This document shows positions 13,801 to 25,000 of a stretch of DNA of 64,000 nucleotides, piece by piece. Both the position numbers and the translations under genes were made by a program. Every line of letters starts with the position of its first letter. Positions within the stretch are counted from its first letter, which is position 1. Location: NCBI GenBank assembly GCA_950097015.1, contig CATNEN010000007.1:12462001-12526000 (forward strand). Reading direction: 5' to 3'. The stretch is from Macrostomum hystrix (taxonomy: Eukaryota > Animalia > Platyhelminthes). The notes beneath the pieces are model-generated. The model had not been told where the DNA came from and did no database searches. It was given only the letters and a program-made list of their open reading frames with translations.

Positions 13801-14130
13801 GCTGCTAATAATAATTGCAGGAGGGCTGCAGGCCAGGCCACGGTGACACTAGGCAATTCTGCCCATTTCGCTGACTCCTGAGCACACGCACACAGATACT
13901 GTACGCAGGCACACGTTCACACAGTTGTGTACATCTGCCTTGACTTTCTCATTGTCGGGCAGTGTACACTCTCATTGTGCCTTGGCGGTTGGACCTCAAG
14001 GGTGCAAATATCATGACAAGCCCCCAAGCCTTTTCTCCGCAGCTGCACCAATTGTGTCCTCGCCACGGAATCGAGCTCAGGGACCTTGGTACGAGAGGCA
14101 AACGCGATAACCGCTCCGCCACTCACCCCC
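13801..14130 (-). mobile_element. tRNA-derived SINE, family 1, full length
   Basis: Minus-strand head with A box TGGCGGAGCGG and B-box-like GAGCTCGATTCC, ATT-repeat tail, and TSD TTCTCAAACT at 13791-13800 and 14131-14140. Homologous copies at 27.9 and 39.6 kb. Confidence 0.8.
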
Positions 14131-14556
14131 TTCTCAAACTACTCCGATTTGCTGCTTTTGTCTGTCATAGCTCACTCAATTTCGCTAGATTCAAATTACA
14201 TGAATTACATTATATAAATTTCAAAATACATGAATTTGGGTGCCTTCGTGTAGTCTGATATCTTAAGATAACGTAAGATTTTCAGGAAAATTCCTTTTCT
14301 GCATTGTGCAAAGCTAAAGTGAAAAACTATTTTGTGCTTAAATTTAAATACTCATATTTGTTACTCGAGTAGCTCGTATGTGTATAGTTTCCTTATTAAC
14401 TACCGGGCGTGTGCTCATGATCAGACTGGCAGACTGGAGACTGGAGACTTATCCGAGTGGTTTAAAACTTATATGCGAATTTCCTTGACAATGTCGCTGT
14501 TCAAAAGTCAATTTGTAGTTTGAATGGATGACTCTTATAATCTCTTATCAACTCTT

Positions 14557-14826
14557 ATCCATACTCAAGTAGTCCTTGTCTACAGTTTATGCGTATCCAT
14601 ACTCAAGCAGTCCTTGTGTATAGTTTATGCGTATCCATACTCAAGTAGTCCTTGTGTACAGTTTATGCGTATCCATACTCAAGCAGTCCTTGTGTACAGT
14701 TTATGCATATCCATACTCAAGCAGTCCTTGTGTACAGTTTATGCGTATCCATACTCAAGTAGTCCTTGTGTACAGTTTATGCATATCCATACTCAAGCAG
14801 TCCTTGTGTACAGTTTATGCGAATCC
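14557..14826. repeat. 38-bp tandem repeat, ~7 copies
   Basis: GTACAGTTTATGCGTATCCATACTCAAGCAGTCCTTGT. Confidence 0.92.
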
Positions 14827-17800
14827 ATAAAACAGACACAAGTTGATGTACAGTTTATGCGAATCCATAAAACAGACACAAGTTGATGTACAGTTTATGC
14901 GAATCCATATAACAGACACAAGTTGATGTACAGTTTATGCGAATCCATATAACAGACACAAGTTGATGTACAGTTTATGCGAATCCATATAACAGACACA
15001 AGTTGATGTACAGTTTATGCGAATCCATATAACAGACACAAGTTGATGTACAGTTTATGCGAATCCATATAACAGACACAAGTTGATGTACAGTTTATGC
15101 GAATCCATATAACAGACACAAGTTGATGTACAGTTTATGCGAATCCATATAACAGACACAAGTTGATGTACAGTTTATGCGAATCCATAAAACAGACACA
15201 AGTTGATGTACAGTTTATGCGAATCCATAAACAGACACAAGTTGATGTACAGTTTATGCGAATCCATAAAACAGACACAAGTTGATGTACAGTTTATGCG
15301 AATCCATAAAACAGACACAAGTTGATGTACAGTTTATGCGAATCCATAAAACAGACACAAGTTGATGTACAGTTTATGCGAATCCATTTAACAGACACAA
15401 GTTGATGTACAGTTTATGCGAATCCATATAACAGACACAAGTTGATGTACAGTTTATGCGAATCCATATAACAGACACAAGTTGATGTACAGTTTATGCG
15501 AATCCATATAACAGACACAAGTTGATGTACAGTTTATGCGAATCCATATAACAGACACAAGTTGATGTACAGTTTATGCGAATCCATATAACAGACACAA
15601 GTTGATGTACAGTTTATGCGAATCCATATAACAGACACAAGTTGATGTACAGTTTATGCGAATCCATAAAACAGACACAAGTTGATGTACAGTTTATGCG
15701 AATCCATATAACAGACACAAGTTGATGTACAGTTTATGCGAATCCATAAAACAGACACAAGTTGATGTACAGTTTATGCGAATCCATAAAACAGACACAA
15801 GTTGATGTACAGTTTATGCGAATCCATTTAACAGACACAAGTTGATGTACAGTTTATGCGAATCCATATAACAGACACAAGTTGATGTACAGTTTATGCG
15901 AATCCATATAACAGACACAAGTTGATGTACAGTTTATGCGAATCCATAAAACAGACACAAGTTGATGTACAGTTTATGCGAATCCATATAACCGACACAA
16001 GTTGATGTACAGTTTATGCGAATCCATATAACAGACACAAGTTGATGTACAGTTTATGCGAATCCATATAACAGACACAAGTTGATGTACAGTTTATGCG
16101 AATCCATATAACAGACACAAGTTGATGTACAGTTTATGCGAATCCATATAACAGACACAAGTTGATGTACAGTTTATGCGAATCCATATAACAGACACAA
16201 GTTGATGTACAGTTTATGCGAATCCATAAAACAGACACAAGTTGATGTACAGTTTATGCGAATCCATATAACCGACACAAGTTGATGTACAGTTTATGCG
16301 AATCCATATAACAGACACAAGTTGATGTACAGTTTATGCGAATCCATATAACCGACACAAGTTGATGTACAGTTTATGCGAATCCATATAACAGACACAA
16401 GTTGATGTACAGTTTATGCGAATCCATATAACAGACACAAGTTGATGTACAGTTTATGCGAATCCATATAACAGACACAAGTTGATGTACAGTTTATGCG
16501 AATCCATATAACAGACACAAGTTGATGTACAGTTTATGCGAATCCATATAACAGACACAAGTTGATGTACAGTTTATGCGAATCCATATAACAGACACAA
16601 GTTGATGTACAGTTTATGCGAATCCATATAACAGACACAAGTTGATGTACAGTTTATGCGAATCCATAAAACAGACACAAGTTGATGTACAGTTTATGCG
16701 AATCCATATAACAGACACAAGTTGATGTACAGTTTATGCGAATCCATATAACAGACACAAGTTGATGTACAGTTTATGCGAATCCATATAACAGACACAA
16801 GTTGATGTACAGTTTATGCGAATCCATATAACAGACACAAGTTGATGTACAGTTTATGCGAATCCATAAAACAGACACAAGTTGATGTACAGTTTATGCG
16901 AATCCATATAACAGACACAAGTTGATGTACAGTTTATGCGAATCCATAAAACAGACACAAGTTGATGTACAGTTTATGCGAATCCATATAACAGACACAA
17001 GTTGATGTACAGTTTATGCGAATCCATATAACAGACACAAGTTGATGTACAGTTTATGCGAATCCATATAACAGACACAAGTTGATGTACAGTTTATGCG
17101 AATCCATATAACAGACACAAGTTGATGTACAGTTTATGCGAATCCATATAACAGACACAAGTTGATGTACAGTTTATGTGAATCCATATAACAGACACAA
17201 GTTGATGTACAGTTTATGCGAATCCATAAAACAGACACAAGTTGATGTACAGTTTATGCGAATCCATAAAACAGACACAAGTTGATGTACAGTTTATGCG
17301 AATCCATAAAACAGACACAAGTTGATGTACAGTTTATGCGAATCCATATAACAGACACAAGTTGATGTACAGTTTATGCGAATCCATATAACAGACACAA
17401 GTTGATGTACAGTTTATGCGAATCCATATAACAGACACAAGTTGATGTACAGTTTATGCGAATCCATATAACAGACACAAGTTGATGTACAGTTTATGCG
17501 AATCCATATAACAGACACAAGTTGATGTACAGTTTATGCGAATCCATATAACAGACACAAGTTGATGTACAGTTTATGCGAATCCATATAACAGACACAA
17601 GTTGATGTACAGTTTATGCGAATCCATATAACAGACACAAGTTGATGTACAGTTTATGCGAATCCATATAACAGACACAAGTTGATGTACAGTTTATGCG
17701 AATCCATATAACAGACACAAGTTGATGTACAGTTTATGCGAATCCATATAACAGACACAAGTTGATGTACAGTTTATGCGAATCCATATAACAGACACAA

Positions 17801-17850
17801 GTTGATGTACAGTTTATGCGAATCCATATAACAGACACAAGTTGATGTAC
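14808..17850. repeat. 40-bp satellite, ~76 near-identical copies
   Basis: GTACAGTTTATGCGAATCCATATAACAGACACAAGTTGAT. Confidence 0.97.
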
Positions 17851-19073
17851 TTGCAAACGGAACTCCTTGCTTTATGCTGTTTGCTCAAATGGCATGAATA
17901 GGAAAATTCTGAAACGCTTTTCTCCACTGCTTCACTCCCCTAAGGATCGGAGGGCCAAGAAGGTGAACTTTTCTAAGTGCGTCAGTTCTATTTTAGGTAT
18001 TATTTTTAAGTACAGGACTGCGATAAATCTTTACACACTTAACGCTAATGTAGTCAAGGCCTTATCACAGAGTCAGTTGTCTGACTTTGGCAAAGATAGC
18101 TAAGTCTGACCCTCTGTAACTCAGTGAAATTTCACTTGCAGCAACCCAAACCCAGTCATCATCACCGAGTTTTATGCTCACAGATTGCTTGTTCTGTCTG
18201 AAAACATGCGATAGAGTTATGACGATAAGGACTGATACCCAGGTAATAAAACAGTTCTTATCGCGGTGACAACATGGGTCTGGCCACCTTCACACCCTGG
18301 GTCTGGGCAATGCATTATTTGCATAGCATGAGAAAGCAGTGTCTGGAGTGGCACTAGCAATGATGGCATAAATTGAAATCAATTGGACACTGCATGAGAA
18401 AATTACATTTTAGTGACTCGAATTACGTCACCTAGGCGAACCCGAGTCTGTTAGCACCTGTGACAATTAGCAAGGCTTTCAGGCATTCGAGAAACTCACG
18501 GCTGCTTAACTCTTGACCAAGGGTCAGGAATAGTTGAAACACAAAGCTGCCGAGTAAGACAGGCCTCTCTAAAAGGTTAGGTACACCAATAGTGCAGCCA
18601 AGTGAGACAATGCGTACTGGGTCCATTATACGAGCTAAATAGATCATTTTCCAGACAGGAGTCCGGGGGCTGTCCGCTAAATTGGCCAATTGAGACGCTG
18701 CTGTCTGCTGCTTGAGTAGCTTCAACTGCCCGCCCCCAGCCCCAGCGGCTACTCAAACGGCGCTTCCGATGCGGCGGTACAGTTTCTTTCCTTGCCCATT
18801 CGAAGTAGCAAATTTTTGTCGCACGCACCTCATTTGCTGTGCTCTCGAGAGTTGCCCCCTTGAGTAGCTTAACGGTGCACTGGGCCTCTGAGTGTGAGTC
18901 TGTCTGAGTGTGTTTGTGCTGGCGCAGGTTGTGAACGCCAATCACCGTTAGTCTTTGCAGTTGAAGAACTATAAAGTGAGACAAATCGGGTCTGCTGGCA
19001 GGCAAAAAACTGCAAACCGCCTGTCACTTCTCACAACCAGTAGTTCGGAGCAGTGCCCCTGAGAACAGACCGC

Positions 19074-22000
19074 ATGCTGAGCCGGGCGCACACCTTCCAC
19101 GGCGGCCAGCCGAGCCGCTTCAACCTGCCTATCCGCAGCCAGGAGTCGACGCCACAGCCCGTGCGGCTGCCACCGATCAAGCGTGAGTTCGGGACTGTCT
19201 AACGAAAGATACTTTCACCTGTGGCTCTCAGCTGTGACCCAATGTCAAACTTGGCAATGCCAGGGTGCAGCAGGAGGTCATTCAGCCTTGCTGAACTTGC
19301 AACTAATTTCGCTATGCTAATTAGTGCGGTTGGTATGTACTTGAATGGCATTTAATTTCGCACTGGAACTGGCATAAAAGTGCATTCACCTAATGGGCTG
19401 CCTTTTGACGAGCGACCTCGAGTGGGAATCAGAGTTTGCGGTTGCAATTGGCTGACAACTATTCATTTCCCAATTAGGTGCCTCTCAGCTCGCAGCCATC
19501 AACAGGTGATATGCGAAACCCACTGTATATATTTTAATAAGTATACTTGAACACAGCTCTTAGAGCAGGTGCAACTAATGACGGCTCATTATATGAGCTC
19601 ATCAGCTTGAGCTCACCTTAATCCCTTAATTGTTGGCCCATCGCAGTGGTAGCCCAGTTAGTAAATTATGCCAGACAGCAGTTGGGCGCAGCACAGGAGG
19701 GCGCTCACCGCGTCCATTGTGTAGCAACCCACCCCAAACCCTGCCCGACAGCCTCCGAGGCCGGCCCACAGCAGTCGGCTGGCACCAACAATGAGCTGGC
19801 CCGGCTCCGAGCCCAGCAGACAGTGGGCTCCAATCCCAGGCTCCGCTTTACCGAGGTGAACTTTAGCGCTTTTATTACCGTCTAATACACTGCATCAGAT
19901 TCTAATACACTGCATCAGATTCTAATACACTGCATCAGATTCTAATACACTGCATCAGATTCTAATACACTGCATCAGATTCTAATACACTGCATCAGAT
20001 TCTAATACACTGCATCAGATTCTAATACACTGCATCAGATTCTAATACACTGCATCAGATTCTAATACACTGCATCAGATTCTAATACACTGCATCAGAT
20101 TCTAATACACTGCATCAGATTCTAATACACTGCATCAGATTCTAATACACTGCATCAGATTCTAATACACTGCATCAGATTCTAATACACTGCATCAGAT
20201 TCTAATACACTGCATCAGATTCTAATACACTGCATCAGATTCTAATACACTGCATCAGATTCTAATACACTGCATCAGATTCTAATACACTGCATCAGAT
20301 TCTAATACACTGCATCAGATTCTAATTGACTTACTTTGACTTAGCTGCAGGGTGCTCCGTACCGACGGACGCAGCGAGGAGGCGGAGAGGACCGCCCATT
20401 CCGCTAACCCCTGGCAAACCAGACGACCTCAGGGAGAGGTGGTGTTGCTCAGGGTGGCCCGTTGGACTCGCCTGCAGCTTGGTCCTCCGCACTGTCCGTG
20501 GGAAAGACGTTGGCTCGCCCAGTATCCCGGAGGTACCGGGCAAGCTGAGGGATGCTCTCGGGCCTGCAAACATCGGAGAGAGTTGGGTTAGGCCCAAGGT
20601 GTTCAAGCCTTGCCCTGGTGAAAACTGGGCATTGGCAGATAAAGTGTTCGGCGTTTTCACTGCCCGAACTACAAAAAGTGCATTTGTCCTCCAGGAGCTG
20701 GCCCTGGAGAAAGCGGTGCCGAGAGAAACAGCCATGACCTGAGAGGGCCATGCTGACTGCGCGGAGATCCCTGCGGTTTAGCTTTAAGAGGGCTTTGCGC
20801 AGGCGGTGAGACGGACAAGGGACCGCAGCCCTAGATTGCTTGCAATTCTGGGTCTTGGTCCATCTGTCCAGATGCTGTGTCTCCATCCAGCGTTTTAGCT
20901 TGAGGTTGGTCACATTGGCGGGGATAGGAGCGCCAGGTTCTGGTCCCGCCAGGGTGCTGGCTGCTCCAGCTTTTGCGAGCTGGTCCGCCATCTCATTCCC
21001 TGGGAAGCCAGCGTGGCCTGGGATCCATTTGAGCTTGACCTCGTTTGCCCGCGCCAGCTCATTGAGCTGGGCATGGCAGTCCAAGGTAGTCTTAGAGCAG
21101 GTGGTGCTTCGGTCGAGGGCCCGGAGGGCGGCTTGACTGTCGGAGTGGAAGAAGATCTTCCGGTCAGTGAGCCCCCTCAGGCGCAGCTCTGCTGCACAAG
21201 AACTGATGGCGAGCATCTCGTTCTGAAAAACGCTGGAGTTTTTTCCAGTGTGCTGGGAGTGAGTCCAGGCGACCTCTCCTCCCTTGTAGATACAGGCTCC
21301 GAAACCAGAGATTCCGTTCATCATGGAGCCGTCGGTATAACAGTGGATTTCAGAGTCGGCCCAGCTGTCGTTTGCCTCATGGCGAGGCTGGATTTCGACC
21401 TTGTACCTGTGGCTCAGGATCAGAGTGGCGGGTATAGCATCGGAGAGGATGTAAAGCCCTTCGCACTCGCCCAGAATCTTGAGGCAAAGATCGGAGTGGG
21501 GAGCGAGAGAGCGCTTTTTGAAGGCCCTCGAGAATTTGAAGGTCACACCGGCATCCATGAGTCGCCTGGTGCTCTTCGCGGCCTCTCCCTTGACGAAAAT
21601 GTCCAGAGGGGTGGCTCCCAGGAAGGCGTTCATGCCTTCGAAGGGGGTGGAGGGTGAGGCGCCCAAGGTCATGCGACAGGCTCTGCCCTGCACCCTGTAA
21701 AGCGCATCCAGGTTTCCCTGGGTGCTAGTGGCGCTAGCCCAAATGAGGCTGGCGTACGAGATCGAGGGTCTGATGATCGTGGTGTAGATCCACCAGAGCT
21801 TCTGGGGGGTGAGGCCCCAAGTGGTGCCAACGGCTCGCCTGACTTGCGCCAGGGTCGCCAGGGCCCTCTTGGTTTTGAAACGGAGGTGGTGACTCCAGTT
21901 TAACCTATGGTCCAAGATCAGACCAAGGCAGCGAGTTTGCTTGCTCATGGCGATGTCCTTGCCGTAGAGAGTGAGGGGTTTTATGGTCCAAAGCAGCTTG

Positions 22001-25000
22001 CTGGTAAACATGATCGCCACGGTCTTGGACTCGGAGAGTCTGAGCCCGCAGCGGGTCGCCCAGCTTTCAGCTCTGTTGATGAAACCCTGAACGAGGTCTC
22101 TGGTGGTTTCCGCTGAAGGTCCCGCACAGGTGGCGGTCACATCATCGGCGTATCCCACTTTTTGGACCGGATCTTGCGGAGCATCTTCAAGCAGCTCATC
22201 CATGACAAGATTCCAAAGAAGAGGAGTAAGGACCCCGCCCTGAGGGCCCCCTTTCTGGACTGGCGCTGAAAGCGTGTGCCCATTGAGGTTGGCCACAACA
22301 GAGCGGTGTTGGATCATGTACATAATCCAGCGGACAAGGTGGGGGTGCGTGGCTCTAGATTCAAGAGCTCTACGGAACGCTTCGAAACGGACGTTGTCGA
22401 AGGCCCCCTCGATGTCGATGAAGACGGAAAGAGCAAAACTGTTACCCAGCACTGCTCGTTCCAGCTTTTCCACGATGGAGTGGAGGGCGCTCTCAGTGGA
22501 TCTGCCGGCCCTAAAGGCGTGCTGGTTCTGAGAGAGAGGGAAGCGTTTGAGCTCCACAGAGAGGAGGCGCCAGAGCACCAGTCTCTCAAGCAGCTTCAGT
22601 AAGGAGGAAGTCAGGCTGATAGGACGGTAGGCCTTGACTGATTGATAGTCGTCTTTTGCGGGCTTGGGAAGGAAGACCACGCGGGCCTCCCTCCAGGTGG
22701 CTGGTACATAGCCCAGCTCCACGCAGGCCCGCAGAAGCTGACAGAGAATGTCCAGGAAGCAGGGATTTTTCACTGCCTCGTGCAAGAAAGCCGGGTAAAT
22801 GCCGTCTGGGCCCGGAGCCTTGTATGGATTAAAGGACTTTGCCGCACGGATGATGCGGTCTTTGGTGACGAGAGACTTTGCTAGACCTTGCCCGCCCACA
22901 GTGTGGTCTGGCTGGCCCTGCGCTGTCTGGTTGCTGGGGAAGAAATGCCCGAGCATGAGCTGGAGCGTCTCTTCCGGCGTATCTGTGGTGGACCCATCAG
23001 GCCTCTTTACCACGGATAGTTTGGAGAAGCGGTCTTGGGTGAGCGCTTTTACCACGCGGGCAGTGGGGCGGGAGCCCTCAAGCCCTTCGCAGTATTGGCG
23101 CCATTTTGCCGCTTTTGCCCTTCTGACTTGGCCCTTGAACTCATGACTAGCATGGACATAGGCTTCTCTGTCTTCAGGAGTCCTGGTTTTTAGAGATCTC
23201 CTCTGCAGAGCCTTGGCTCGTTTTCTCAGGATTCCGAGCTCGGGGTTCCACCAGGGGGCAGATTTTTTGCCTTTATAGGCTTTGAGGGGACAGGCCGCCT
23301 CATAGGCATTGATGACCGTGCCTCCAAGCTTGGAGGCCAACTCGTCAGCAGTGTCACAGTTTGTGATTTCACCCGGGGTGCCGATGTCGCGCAGGCCCCT
23401 GCTCAGCTCAAGGCCGAACCTGGTCCAATCGGTGTTTCGGACGTTTCTGCTCCAGGTGATAGTTTTTTTCGGGGTAGCATTTGCAACCTCGAAACGGATG
23501 AAGCGATGGTCAGAGAGGGACTCTTCTTCTCCCCACACCCTCCATCCGGAAATCCTGGCGAGGACGCCCGGGGAGGCGAGGGTGACGTCGAGGACCTCCG
23601 ACCAGCGGCCATTGTCGAAAGTCGGGGTGCTTCCGACATTGCAGAAATTAAGGTTGGTGCCACCGACGAAAGCGAGGAGCTCTTCGCCGCGGTCGTTGAT
23701 GTTCTTACTACCCCAGTGCGTGTGGTGTGCGTTCACATCACCGGCAATGAGGAGCTCGAAATTGCGCGCCTGCGCGTAGTCACAGAGAGCTACCAACGCA
23801 TCGCTAACCGTGGGGGCATCGCCTGGCAGGTAGACCGACGCCACCAGAGTAGACTTACGCTGCACTATGTGCAGGGTTTGGATCACGCAGATGTCCCCGG
23901 TGGAAAGGTCGGGTCTCATCCACGCTTTCAGAGAATTTGCGGCAAGGATCAAAGATCTGGGGCGAGGGGTGTTCGCCATGCAAAAACAGTCAAAACCCGA
24001 AGGTATATTGGTAGACTTACCTTTGGAAAGCCAGGGCTCCTGAACAAAAATGAGGCTCGGGAGCGTGCTCTCAGCCACGCGCAGCAGGTTAACCGATGCC
24101 GCCACGCAGTGCTGAGAGTTTATTTGGAGGCAACAAAAATTTTTACTCATTGATGTTCCTCTGGTTTCTGAGGGGATTGGGCCAGGAGGCCCTCTTCCTC
24201 CTCTTCAGTAATAGGGAGATGACGGGGGCTGCCGGTCTCCATGGGCTCCCCCACAGGGTCAGGCTCCTGACCTGCGGGCGGGTATTGGGCATCCTGAGAC
24301 GCCCTGTTTCCTCCCGTAGCGGAGCCCACCATCTGCGTGGTGCCCATGGTCTCGGTGAGAGTCCCGCCCTGGGCAATTTGGCGTGGTCCCCGAGGTCCCT
24401 GCTCCATGGAGCTAGGCCCAACGGTGGCGCCGCCAGTCGCCCTAGGCTGGGCTGCCCGCCTCAACAGGCCGGAAGCCTCTCTCCTGAGGTGGGTCAGCTT
24501 TGCTGACTGGACTGCCTCCGCAGCTCTCTGCAGCAGGCCTTTCCTTTTAGTGGAGCGTGCTGGGTGACGATCGGAGCCCCCCTCAGCAGCGCGTTCTGCC
24601 TTTCCATCGTGGCTATGCTGGGCTTTGTGTCTCCTGACCGAGGGCCTAGCAGCCTTAGGGGCCGACGCTCCTTCGGCTGCCGCCTCGGTAGGGTTCACGC
24701 CCTGCTTCCGGCGCTTGTCTGCCTCAAAAGCTCTGATGCGCAGCTTTAGGAGGCCGATGGCGATCTGTGTGTCGTCTGGGTACTTGCGCATCCAGACGTC
24801 CGACAGACCAAGAATGGCGGTGAAGCCCCGACCCTCGGGATGCTGAATGGTGTCGTGCACCACTAGGCCCGCGGCAGGTAAGTCGCGATTGACTGCTAGC
24901 AGTCCGTTTCGCAACTCTTCTGAAGAGGTAACGACACTAGCCGCCGGAACGAAGATGCGGTGCCTCTTCGTCTGGGGTGGCTCGTCTTCTCGGTAAAATG

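Noticed and set aside
14808-17850. CRISPR-like appearance of the 20-40 bp arrays
   Set aside because: Units are head-to-tail with no unique spacers, no cas genes are present, and the context is eukaryotic.
18432-19005. Short minus-strand ORFs upstream of the FAM166-like gene
   Set aside because: No recognisable motif or consistent splice model.
20360-20395. HDV-ribozyme-like GCCUCCUCGCU in the LINE 3' UTR
   Set aside because: P2, P3 and J4/2 cannot be completed, and a simple nested stem explains the conservation.
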